The notes under the pieces are model-generated. The model worked only from the letters and a program-made list of their open reading frames with translations. It ran no database searches and was not told the origin of the DNA. The position numbers and the translations under genes are program-made. A stretch of DNA of 63,930 nucleotides, filler included, from Blastocystis sp. subtype 4 (taxonomy: Eukaryota), in the NCBI RefSeq assembly GCF_000743755.1. It is 3 parts of 3 records of this genome, joined end to end, with 100 filler letters (N's around TTAATTAATTAA, not from the genome) between each part and the next. Parts side by side here need not be neighbours in the genome. Positions count along the whole stretch, not along the records: positions 49,114 to 63,930 come from NW_014569286.1; 2 more parts are not named here. One strand, 5' to 3'. Positions 52,594 through 63,930 of the stretch are shown piece by piece; within the stretch, counting starts at the first letter, position 1, and every line of letters begins with the position of its first letter.

Positions 52594-53421
52594 CTAATAC
52601 AAATCCTCAAAGAGATAATTCTTCATCGAATCAATAGCATTGATCTGATTTCCTCCTAACTTGAAAATTTCTTCAATCACGGTAATTTCTGTTGAAGTTG
52701 TATCCAACCCACAGAATGCTGTCCAATCATTGGCCACTAGACCAGCCCCAATAACATCAGATCCACGATTAACAGTTCCTGCAACAAGAGGGACTTGTAA
52801 GAGAGAGGAAAGTTCTTCTTTTTCAGCCATCGACGTGTTTGGATGTACAAGTCCTCCTTGGTTGGTGAAAACACAGTAGCTTCCAACTAATGCATTTCCA
52901 GCAATTGATTGCCGGAATACCTCTACTCCCAATACATCAGATACGATCTCCTCCGTTTCCTAGAATAACACTTCGAAAACGATACTACTCTATCTAGGTC
53001 TGTATGGAGAAGAGCCACATGGTCATTGCAAGTGATGAGGTTTCCCAAAGAAGATAAACGTTCATCAATGCGCTGCACAACAACTTCATCAGGAAGAGAA
53101 TTACGGATATGCTGCAGTTCAACATCTATGTAATAAAAAACAAAGGTAATATTAATACCAGTAGTTGATGTAGGAAGAAGTAATCCATTCTTGTTTCCTG
53201 GATATCATAAGAGAATATAAGATCGTACCAACAGTCACACGTCCAACAAAACGACATCCAGCAACGGATGTATGAATCACAGGTATATGGTCTGCTAACT
53301 CCGTTTCAAAGGCTCCATAGAAATTCTCCGAGCCTCCACGACAAACAAGACAATACTTGTTAGTGAGTTTAGAGAACACACCAATATCGTTACTACCCTC
53401 AAATTGAACACGAATTGCCAT
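52594..53421 (-). CDS. EIF6: Eukaryotic translation initiation factor 6
   Basis: [63 protein letters not shown]. Confidence 0.97.
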
Positions 53422-53519
53422 GTTCTCAAAAGAATAATGACAAATTGAAGATTAGGCTAAACTAACAATAGAAACCGAAAAAAGTATGTCCAAAAAACAC
53501 CCTAAAAAATAGCGCTTGT

Positions 53520-54105
53520 TTAACATGAATAAGTAGTGACAGTAACAATCACAATTGCCACAATCAGTCCATAAAGAGCAAGAGCTTCTCCGAAAATGAG
53601 CATCAAAATCATTCCGACAAAGATCTTCTCCTGCTGACCGCAAGCACGAACACCAGCATCTCCAGCAATACCAATGGAGAGACCGGCAGCCAAACAAGAC
53701 AGACCACAGCTCAAGCCAGCAGCCAGATGACCATAGCCATTGAAGCTAGAGTAATGAGTTACACCTCCGGTAGGAGCCTTAACTAAACATCACATGAAAA
53801 CAAAAGACTTACTGGCATACACCATAATGATAGAGGCAATCAAACCGTAAATACCCAGAATACCAGCCATAATGACAGGAAGCATGTTACGCATCACAGC
53901 TTCAGGTTTGAAGACTCCCATGGAGCATACACCCACTCCAGCCTTAGCAGTTCCATAGGCAGAACCGAGGTCTAAAACGATCATAGCATATCTATCAAAA
54001 CATACTGGCAAAAATAATAGAGGCAGCAACTCCCATAAAGCCAAAGAAAGGAGCCGAAGAAGGACAAAGGTCAGAAACAGCAGCTTCGAAGACGGTGGAC
54101 AGCAT
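53520..54105 (-). CDS. ATP6V0C: V-type ATPase 16-kDa proteolipid subunit c
   Basis: [63 protein letters not shown]. Confidence 0.96.
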
Positions 54106-54207
54106 AGTAAATAGTACAAACAAAATGCGCAAATATGAAGGCTATTACTGGTTTACTTGAGACATGAGAAACGTGGAAACATGGAATCCTGTTACAAAAG
54201 GGAAAAA

Positions 54208-54279
54208 TGAGGACAGGGTGATTCGAACACCCAACCTTTTGATCTGGAATCAAACGCGCTACCGTTGCGCCATGCCCTC
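54208..54279 (-). tRNA. tRNA-Trp(CCA)
   Basis: Reverse complement GAGGGCATGGCGCAACGGTAGCGCGTTTGATTCCAGATCAAAAGGTTGGGTGTTCGAATCACCCTGTCCTCA, followed by an oligo-T terminator. Confidence 0.96.
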
Positions 54280-54346
54280 TTACCTTTTATTTTCTAAGTG
54301 TATCCCTTAAAGGTGAGTAGAAATGATGTGAGAATGGTCACATTCT

Positions 54347-55291
54347 ATGTTTGGTAATTCGTACACTGCAGTTGTTGTCCAAGTGAATGGAGAGCGAATC
54401 GCCAAAGAGGTTTGGACTCGTTTAGGGGATATGACATGTGTGACAGAATTTGAGAGTTTGAAAGGATGAACGAGCTTTAGTCCATAGGAATGCGTGTTTC
54501 GTATCACGATTTGTCGGTAATGGTTCTTCAAAGTGATGGAGAAACGGCCACTAAATACAAAGATGTGTTATTTAAGATGATTCGAGATAATTATGGGAGA
54601 TTAGTAGACAATCACAGTGTTTTCATTGAGGTCTGTCCAGACATCGAAAAGAATACATTCAGCCGTGGTGTATGTTATTTGATAGGTTCCTGAGTAGTAG
54701 AAAGTGTTTGAAGAGGAAGTAGATTCGTTAGAATGTGTAAGGTTATCCCTTGTATTTCATGGTTTTTCTGATATTCTTCCCTTTCTGACAATTTTTAATG
54801 CTGCTGTGAGGTGCCAATGGAGTTGTTTTGTGATGAGTAGATCGCCTCCTACAAATGCTCCTGTCCCTCTTTCAACCGGTGTTCCATATCCTCGAGCTTC
54901 AGGGTCATCAAATCAGGTTCCTCGTCCTGTACCACAAGCGATGCCGCGACCCATACCACGACCTATGCCACGACCCATGCCTCAATCAGGCACTCGGCCT
55001 GTTCTTCAGCCAGGCACTCGTCCCATGCCTCAGCCTATGGGTCGACCTACTCAATCAGGTGCTCGCCCCATTCCTCCACCTGGTTTTCGACCTCCATCAC
55101 AACCTAATGTCCGTCCTACTGCTCGACCAATGCCCCGAATTCCAATGCAACCTAGATCTCCTTCACCTCGCAATCCTCAACCTTCCCCAAGAGATTATCC
55201 TCGTGGAGGATATATGCCACGCCCATTACCACCACAGCCTTCCTTTCCTAATAATCCTCATCCAAATATGTATCCTAATCCTCGACAGTAA
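54347..55291 (+). CDS. Hypothetical protein with Pro/Arg-rich low-complexity C-terminus; start uncertain
   Basis: ORFs 54490-54693 and 54704-55291; repeated PRP(M/I) units. Confidence 0.5.
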
Positions 55292-55333
55292 TACTCTTTT
55301 TGTTAAGAACAAACAGCATTAACCCATGTAGAC

Positions 55334-58173
55334 TTACAGTTCTGTACTTTCACCATCACTACATCCATTCAATGAACACATTCCCTCATCGACTTCATTC
55401 GTTTCCTTAGGAGTTTCCACAGCTCCATCTGGAGACTCAGAAGAACCCTTAGGAGCATCCACATTCATTTCTGGAGATTCTGGAGGAACCTCAGGAGTCT
55501 CCACATTCTCCGCTTCTGTGCTATTCTGACTCTTCATGGCCTCCTCCTCCTTCTTCTTGGCCTCCTCTTCTGCCTCCTTCTTAGCCTTTTCCTCTGCTTC
55601 CTTCTTGCGTCGTTCCTCCTCTAACTTCCGTTTGTGCTCATCAATACGGTTCTCCACACGATTCATCGATGTCTTCATATCCAAATAACGCTTCTTGAAC
55701 ACTTCCGTCTCGGTATCAGGTCCAGCTTCATCCATCAACCAATCCTCATTCTCACTCAACAGCTTTGCTATCTCCTATTCATTACTCTCTTCCTTCAATT
55801 ATACTTCTCTCTCCTCCTGAGATGAGAACTCGATAAATTCTTCCTCTTCTAATCGAGACTGCGAATCATAAATATAGGCCTCATGCTGATTGATAATTCG
55901 CTGACGTTCTCGATGAGCCTCATCACGTTCCTGCAACCGACGTAGACTACATGTTAACTCTTCATCTCACCTCTACAGTTTGATGCTTTGAGCTCTCTGT
56001 TCCTCTGTAAGAGGTTTGATCACTAAACGATCCGAGATAGAAGTCACACGTAATGAAACCTTGCGAATCTTTCGCTTAGTTATCGTAGCCATCTGAACAG
56101 GAGGTTCCACAGCCGTTGTATTCTTATCATCACCAGTCTTCTCTCCATCTTCTGATGTATTTTCAGCTGCATCGGATGTCTTCTTAGTATCTTCTGACGT
56201 CTTCTCAGAAGGATCTCCTTCATTTGTCTTCACAGTGGTCTTTTCAGAATCATTCTCTCCATCACTTGAAGTATTATCAGTATCCTTATCTGATTTAATC
56301 GTAACTTCCTTCTGTTGTACAGGTACTTGTTCTTGATACTCATATCGCATCTTAATATACGCCTCCTTCAAAGTAACCATTCCATTCATATCAGTTGAAA
56401 ATACCAGTGTAACATTTGGTAAACCTAATCGTTTTGGACCAAGTGTTGTCAAAGCTTCAACAATTCCTGTTACGTTATAAGTCATAATAGGAACACTATT
56501 CTATCAAATATTCTATCAATCTTCACATTGCATTTGGAGGTAATTCTTCGGGATGTGAATAGAACAAATGAGCCTGGAAATCTTCATATGCCTGAAGAGT
56601 CACTTTACGTTGAGTTTTGTAATGAGTATTCTTTCCAAACACATCCATAGAACGAGACTGTTTGTTTGAACGATACAGGAAATCTACTGTTCACTTTATT
56701 CTTCTAATTGTACCATGATTCTTCTTCTCTTCCTTCATATCTGACATGGGAGTATCAGGATCTACTGGTTCTTCTTTCACTTCATTCTCTTCTTCTGATC
56801 CTGCTTCTGATTCTTTCACAGATCGATACAATTCAACTCCAACAGAAAAAGGACTGATATCAGTCATTCCAACAAATCGAGGTTTAAAGGCAGTACTTAC
56901 ATTAGCAGCACGGAATGCACTTCCCAGTGCGACCGTTTCATCTCCATTCAAATGCATATCCAACACATCTCGATTCAAACCCTCTCGAAGTACCTTCTGA
57001 AATACAGGAACTCGAATGCTACCTCCAATGACTTCAATTGCTTGGAGATCAGTCTACAATCAACATTCCGTTCTTCAAACCTACAGTTGATAAACCTGCC
57101 TCGTTCAGAGCTTTCAGTGCAGGAGCTACCAACCTCTCTGCTAATGAGACTGAATTCTCATCAATGAATGATTTGGTCGCCACTGTTGATAAGTCGCGCT
57201 CCTCAAATAGAGTCCCTTCATTCACTGGAAGCTTGTCGTTCACTGATAACATCTCTTTCAACTTCTCACCTAATGCACGAAGACGATATTCCGCTTTCAT
57301 ATTGCCTGTCACATCTAAACCATGTTGAGTGTAGAAATCCTTCGCGAACTTATCTGCGAGAATAGCACTAAGATGGACACCACCGAGAGATTCATCCCAA
57401 GCTTTACCCAGAATGTTGAAATACCGTTTGGGCAATTTCGTTTTCTTGTCAATCACTGTGTGGAACTCGGCGACTGATACTTGTACAGAACCAGCTCCCA
57501 TATCGTAGAACATTACACGGTGAGTTTTGTTTACGAATTCCTTGTTCACTGTATATTGAAGGGCAGCAGCTGTCGGCTCTTCGATAAGTGATAATACATT
57601 CAAGCCAATCAGAGAAGCAGCATCTAGTACTGCCTGACGTTCATGCTGGGTGAAATAGGTAGGAACCGTCACAACACAATCAACAATCTTCTGATCGTTA
57701 TCAAACATCTCTCCCAACTTTCGGGCATAATCCAAAATCATTGCATTGATCTCCTCGGCAGATAACACATCAATGTCATCAAACCCTGTTCCTTTTGGGA
57801 ACTCTACAGACCATGTATTCCGTTCATTGAGCTTAAACACATACGGGAACTTGAGTTCTTCGAATTCCTTAGCAAAATCGCTCTCTGGTCCTTGTCCAAG
57901 CATGCGATTCATTCGTTGAAACACATTCCTCGGTTTGCGAGCTCCCAAATTCAAGGCATCGTAACCATAATGACGAGTACTATCGTCAAAGGCAATTGCC
58001 GATGGAGTCTTTCTTTTACTACTCAGGTCTGTTACAATTTCAAAGGGAGAACCCGGACGAACAATAGCAATCTTCATGTACTGAGTACCGAAGTCGATTC
58101 CAAGAATCGATGCATCCACGCATGCGACGAAAAGAGCAAAATAGAACAAAATTGCTTTCCTATTCATATTCAC
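55334..58173 (-). CDS. HYOU1: ER Hsp70-superfamily nucleotide exchange factor HYOU1/GRP170
   Basis: Signal peptide, LGIDFGTQYMKIAIVRPG.PFEIV...SKRKTP, VTVPTYF, FYDMGAGS, LNGDETVALG, C-terminal STEL (KDEL-like). Confidence 0.93.
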
Positions 58174-58673
58174 TGCGAAATCTGCAAATTGACCGCAAAA
58201 AGAAGGTTCTCGAAATTGGGATGAGAAATGACAGATTGACTGTACAAAATATAATCGATTTCTGTGAATAGTCTACTATTATGGTAGATTATCGAGAAAA
58301 CATGAGGAACAACTCAAAGTTTTATATGAAGCACTTTCAAACGTGATGGAAACATATCTTTTGACAAATGCTATTATCGACATTTATATGATTTCTCATT
58401 TTCCGTTATACCACTTCTAAGGAATTGTCTTCAGTATTTATCGAATTACAAAGAAACTGTATAGGTGTTTCTTAGTTATTAAGGATCCCCATACCACTCT
58501 CTTACTCGACACAAATTGATTTCGCATTGAGAAGTGATTCTTTAATTCAGTAAAACTCACCCAATTCTTGTTATCAATATCCTGCTCTATTCACTACCTG
58601 TATCTTGAACATGATCCTGATTACGTTCTAGACACATATACACTCCTGCTTCATAATCTCGACCTTCATTCCA

Positions 58674-59385
58674 ATGGATTCCTCTATCAAGCATAACATT
58701 GTCTCAATTCTTTCTTGTATCTTGGAAGGAGTTGTTCGTCATTATGATACCGTATGTATGGTAGAGGTATATGAATAAAAGATGATTGCATCTGCCTCTC
58801 TCACTCCGTTTGCGGCTCTTTGTCAACCCAATATCTTGATTTGTGATTATCTTGAAAGGTAAGTATGTTTCTGACTGTGTTATCGTAGAATCTTAGAGTA
58901 CACGCATTGTAGTATCGAATGCTTCATTCTCTCTTTGGTCTATATTGATCGACTCATTCAGAGTGGCCATGTGCCTGTGAATTCGTTTACCATCCATCGT
59001 GTCATTATTGTCAGTATCGTACTGGCTATCAAATTCAATGATGATTCCTTCTATGACAGTGCATCCTATGCTCTCATTGGAGGAATCCCAGTTGAAGAAT
59101 TGAATTACCTTGAAATGGAGTTTTTGAAGGAGATTAATTTTTCCCTCCTTGTCTCTTGTGAAGACTATCAGAAGTATCACAACGAGCTTTGCTTGCATGC
59201 TGAGAATGGTCTTTGTCCTTGCTGCGGTAGAGTATCTCGTTTGGAAATGATATCTAGTACACTTCCAGATCCCTCACATAGTGAATGGAACCGGAAGGAA
59301 ACTGATCTATGAAGCATCGAAGTCGATGATTTGCTCTCCGCGAATTGTTGTTCGCGATCTATTTGAAGAAAGTTGTGCTTTGTAG
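58674..59385 (+). CDS. Cyclin, P/U-type (Pho80-like)
   Basis: YLERILEYTHCSIECFILSLVYIDRL, TIHRVII..LAIKFNDD.FY, YALIGG...ELNYLEMEFL. Confidence 0.9.
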
Positions 59386-59610
59386 TTTGTACCATAATGG
59401 AGAATTGTGTTTGTTGAATCATGATCACGGGAATCCATCGATTGTGGCCATACATTCAATACCTTTTAAACATGAGTTTGAACTCAAATCTGTTTAGAAA
59501 GGATGAATCAACAGTTTCCGAACCAAATCTATAATCAAATTCCTGTTTCTTCGAGCCCATCAGGTCCGTTTTGATAGAGTCGATTCTGATGAGTAGATGA
59601 TCTGGCTCAA

Positions 59611-60945
59611 ATGGAACAGAGTCTCGCTCAGATATACAAAGAGAATCTGATGATAATGACACAGTCTCTTGAACAATACAAGAACCAAATGATTCTATTC
59701 CAAAAGAAATATGATATGTTGCGTGAAGATTATCTCTACAATCTTCGGGTAATCAATGAACGTGATGAGGAACTCAGGAAGTGTGATTCGCAAATTTCTC
59801 TATTGAATTCTGTACAACTCAGTTCAGAGTATCATTTCATAGACAGTTGCATCGATGAGAGAGAAAGAAAAGGAGTATCAGAATCAAATCTCTGGGTTAA
59901 ATGCTGTTGGGGTTGATTTGGCATTTGAACCTCTAGCAACTCACTGATTCCGTTTCAAAGATCGCATCTCTACAACAGAGTGTGAAAGCAGTCGAAGCTA
60001 CTGTATTTTGATGGAACAAGTACTCATTGTAGGTTCGTCAACATGATCAAGAACATCAGATTGCTGTCACTCGGCTACAGCAACAGGTTGAGGCTTCTCG
60101 TCATCAAAACGAGGTGATGCGAACCAATGTGGAATTAGAGTAGAATCAATCTTCTTGAGTGACAACATAGAGTTCGTCGTCGTTTAACTGAAGAGACATC
60201 TCGTTTACAAGGTGAGATCCAACAACGGGAAACACGAATTCGAGAGTTTGCGTGATCTGAATGAGTTCTTTGTAGAGCAGAAGCAAAGAGCCATCAACTC
60301 GAAGTGTCTCTCACTCAGTTGAGATCAACTCAGGCTTCGACAGAAGGAGAGTGTACTCGACTGCGTACATCATTAGAAGAGTCAGCTTGTACGAAGGATT
60401 TGATTCTAGACAGAAACGAACACAAGTGGCTCTCACACAAAAAGTGACAGAGAGTGAGGCACGAGCTCAAGTATGTGAGTAAGAGGCCATTAAATTCTAG
60501 GCACTAGAGCAGCAGATCCAAGTTCAGAACTCTTCCATCGAAGAATTGCGTCAACATCTCAATCAGTCACAAGCAGATGCTTCTCATCGTTTGCAAGAAG
60601 TGATTGAGAAGTAGTGTTGCCACAAGGAGATGATGTGTAGTCAGAAGCGGGAAAATCAACGACAATCTGCAGCCTATGAACAACAAATCAAGGCTTTACG
60701 AAGCCACCTTGATCAGGTATCGAGTCGAGAACAACAACGGATTTCAGCTATTCGGAATCGAGTACATTTGATGTGAAGGAATAATATGAGATGGCATCTG
60801 CACAGAATGAACTACAAACACTGACTCAATCATTTCGGTTAACATCACCTGTCCGCAGTGTATGGATTGAGTGATTTGTAGTTTATCGGATCGTCTACTC
60901 CTGCAGGAGGTGCTCGCATGGGTGTTAAACCCACTCCTTTAGGAT
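59611..60945 (+). CDS. Coiled-coil protein with CCDC57-like N-terminus; stop probably completed by poly(A)
   Basis: LREDYLYNLRVINERDEELRKCD resembles CCDC57 LQEDFVYNLQVLEERDLELERYD (recalled). TGTTTGTT at 60950. Confidence 0.55.
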
Positions 60946-61067
60946 CCTCTGTTTGTTTGTAGATACACTTGTAAGGAATTTTATTTTTCCCGCGGGAGTC
61001 GGACTAACCTTTCATTTAGTTCTCGACTGTGAGCACTTCTCCTCTTTCTTATTTGTAGTATTGTTTT

Positions 61068-63771
61068 ATGAGCAATAATCCGAACCATACAAATTATGGT
61101 AGTCTTTCTTTATTGTCTTGAGAAATAGCTTCGCAAGTCCCGACAGGTACTTCTGTGCCACAGGGAGTTACCTACTGTATGTAATTTGGGTCCATAGTAA
61201 TGTGTAGTTGTTGTTGTCTTTTGATTTCTTAATTAATAGAACTATAGTTACATAAGTCCACCATACTATTATCCTTTAATGCAGCAGGTGGGGCCTCAGC
61301 CGATGGCTCCGACTACAACTACTACCACAGCATCGCGAGGAACGAATGTTGTTATTTTGCTTAGGTCTGATTCATAGCGATGGAACGGAAAGAATGTCAA
61401 TGAAATTAATGGGTTTGTCCCCAAGAATCAGCAGACGAATGCTTTTTCCAACACGGCTATGCCATATAACCCGGTCTCCTTTCCTCAGCCCACTAGACCT
61501 TCGCTAGCTCCTTCTGCTCAGTTTGTTTCAGTGACTCCAAATCAGCCTATTCGTCTTATGTCTCCTATGGCGATGGTTCAATCACCAGGAACCCCAATAA
61601 CACCTACGTTGACGCCTATGAAAGGCATTACTCCAAATGGAGCTATTTTGGGTTCAGCTCCTGTTCAAACTTCTACAGTGACTGCTGCTGGTCCTGTGGC
61701 CCAAACCCAGTCAAAAGTACCTCTTTCTGCCGCTCCCATAGTTCAACAAGATCCAGCGAAGACTTCTCTTCCATCGCCTTCAATGACAACAGTATCTCCA
61801 GCATCTCCTCCGGTGCATACAGTAATGAATTTAAAGCCGAACTCTCGGAGTCGTCGTTCCTCCATCACTGAGCGTTCTCCACAGATTACTGCAGAACGTC
61901 TATCTGAGTTGGTATGAGAGTGTAAGAAGAGATTTATCGTAGAATAAGGACTATAAGGATTGGGAGAAGCAGGTGTATGTACCAGCTGCGATGACTGAGC
62001 TCTGGAACTGTGTCCGTGAAAAGATGAACAGAGAAGTAATCCAAAAATTAACCCAAGAAGAAGTTAATCATTTTCGATGGAATATCTCCATTGTCTCGGT
62101 ATGGGTTATATCATTCTATTCATTTGATTAGAAGAATAATGCTCATGGACTCTTAGGAGATGCTCAAGCTATTTTGAATAAGCTTACTTTAGAGACATTT
62201 GATGTGTTGTATGAGAAGTTCTTACGTCTCTCACCACCTACTCTCGATGAGTATTCTCAATTGATTGATCTTGTCTATGAGAAGGCTGTTATGGAGCCTC
62301 ACTTTGCTCCAATGTATGCTAAGCTCTGTCGACTGATGAATCGTGACTTTGCTGGTAAACTGAAGGATATGATCTTTGCCAAGAAAGAGAATGGTGTTTA
62401 TTACTTCTGTGCCAATGGAACGTCAACTCCGTTAACAGAAGGAATGAAAACCGAGGAACTTGCCAGACAGGCTGCACTCAAACAAGCGAGTTTCCGTCGT
62501 ATTCTTGCTGATAAGTGTCAGCGCGTAGGAATGAACTATGAATATGAGTGTAGGAATTGGAGACTGAAGGAAAGACTGTTGAATTGGAGGCTCAGCGTCG
62601 TGCATTGAAGGAAAAGCTGCGTGGTTTGGCTGAGGGACCAGAGTTCGTTCAGGTGACAAGTGAGTTGATGGAAGTGGAGTTCAAGATCAATACAATTCGT
62701 CGACGTACTTTCGGAAATGTTCTCTTTATTGGAGAACTCTTTAATTGTGGTCTGCTTCGTTTCCATGCTGTGATCAAGGCTTGTTTCGATCATTTGATCA
62801 CTCCTCCTGAATCTGCTGATGATGAAAAGACAGAAGCTCTTTGTAAGTTGCTGACAACAGTGGGTCGTACAATGTGTGATAACCAGCGATTTGCCGATGT
62901 CCTGGAAGATACAATGCTGAAGGTAAATGACCTCGCAGAGTCGCCTGTATTGACCTCTCGTGTGCGTTTCGCTCTGAAGGATCTGTTGGAACTGGCATCT
63001 AATATGTGGATTGTGGAAGATAAGGAGAAACTAGAGAAACTAAGTGATATCCGTATGCGTAAGACTATCGAGAAACTTGAGATGGTGATTGAGTGAGTGT
63101 TGATTCGATGTATGATGGGTAGACAGTTAGAGAAGAAGAATGGAGTTCGTCGTGATAAGAGTAGCTCACGCAGTTCTCGTGTGGTGGAGGATGATAGTAT
63201 TGATATGACTGCTGTGGGCAGTGAGGTGGTGGTTGATGGATATGATCCTTCTCGCCAATTCAAACAAGAAGAGATGTCTTCTGTATATGTGTGTGAGATG
63301 AGTAATGATTAGTACCAACGTAGTATTGAGACGGGTCTGAAGGAATCAAAAGCTTCTCGTGACTTTGAAGACTTCAAATATAATGTCGAAACGAAGAAAG
63401 CTGAATTGAAGAAATCAGATTGTGTTCTGTTGAGTGCTTCATTGATGAATTATGCTTGTGAGAATCTTAAATTAGATTCTCCCGAAATGACGCTATTCAT
63501 AAGTGCATTGGACTATCTGTTTGAGACTGATTTCATTTCTAACAAGGATTTCATTCAGGGGTAGGAATGATTATGGAGGATGAGTCTTAGATTCCTTTCT
63601 GCATTGCAGAGTATTGATTATATGGATTCACCAAACAAGTATGCTGTTGGAAAGAAAATCTTTGCTGCACTTGTTGACAAGAAGAGAATTGTTGGAGATG
63701 ATCTGGACAAAGCTCTTAATGCTGCTTGTGAAGTAGAGAGTCTGAATTTCAGTGCCAAGCAATTCTTCTAA
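61068..63771 (+). CDS. EIF4G: Eukaryotic translation initiation factor 4G (MIF4G + MA3-like)
   Basis: ILNKLT..TF, YEKAVMEPHFAPMYAKLC, FRRIL, RRRTFGNVLFIGELF, EALCKLLTTVG, SRVRF, DYMDSP. TAA at 63769-63771 is 4 nt before TGTTTGTT. Confidence 0.9.
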
Positions 63772-63807
63772 CTCTTGTTTGTTGCATTCTTTTTTGATAT
63801 TCATCGA

Positions 63808-63930
63808 ATGGCTCCTAAGGGAACTGTGAGAGCAGTCTATGATGAGGAAGAGAGAAAGTAACAAAGAAGATATGTGTAAATGGTAGGAAGTTTCTTCTGG
63901 GCTTTCACAACCGAAAACAAGAACGGAAGG
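63808..63930 (+). CDS. NOL12: NOL12/Rrp17 (Nop25 domain), 5' end only
   Basis: After removing a ~29-nt intron: MAPKGTVRAVYDEEERKKFLLGFHNRKQERK, matching FDE..R.EYLTGFHKRK.ERK. Confidence 0.8.

Noticed and set aside
54208..54279. tRNA-Trp as a possible UGA suppressor with shortened anticodon stem
   Set aside because: The anticodon stem TTTGA/TCAAA is a full 5 bp, and in-frame stops in this window are explained by introns, not recoding
54323..54346. ATGATGT plus AGAATG/CATTCT hairpin as a possible snoRNA beside tRNA-Trp
   Set aside because: Imperfect box C, no positioned CTGA box D, and a 6-bp stem is within chance

Overview
Gene-dense, AT-rich eukaryotic nuclear DNA with about 40 protein genes, many ~30-nt GT-AG introns, tiny intergenic spacers and a TGTTTGTT element just past gene 3' ends. 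These are hallmarks of the gut stramenopile Blastocystis (inferred from the sequence). Two N44-TTAATTAATTAA-N44 linkers are artificial contig joins. Genes identified by manual translation and splicing include HisRS, an RPA34-like protein, RPF1, PFKFB, a NanA-type lyase, DDB1, NF-YC, an HSD17B10-like SDR, PP2C, a HOOK-like protein, RPS9 (truncated), CDF, amino-acid and sugar transporters, TANGO6, RFC5, MCM6, SmF, ADSL, a WASP-family factor, a NUDT14-like hydrolase, APC1, MON2, eIF6, V-ATPase c, HYOU1, a cyclin, a CCDC57-like protein, eIF4G, NOL12, tRNA-Asp and tRNA-Trp. Highlights: (1) a predicted type-I membrane protein joining EGF repeats, a ubiquitin-binding NZF finger and a gamma-adaptin-ear domain, head-to-head with an Arp2/3-activator-like gene; (2) about 9 genes whose stop codon would be completed by poly(A), one of which otherwise reads in frame into RPF1; (3) palindromic or interlocked poly(A) signals shared by convergent genes; (4) four AT-AC minor introns; (5) a microsatellite-encoded (His-Glu)7 tail on a metal transporter. 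Gene spans are hand-spliced and family calls rest on recalled motifs, not database searches.
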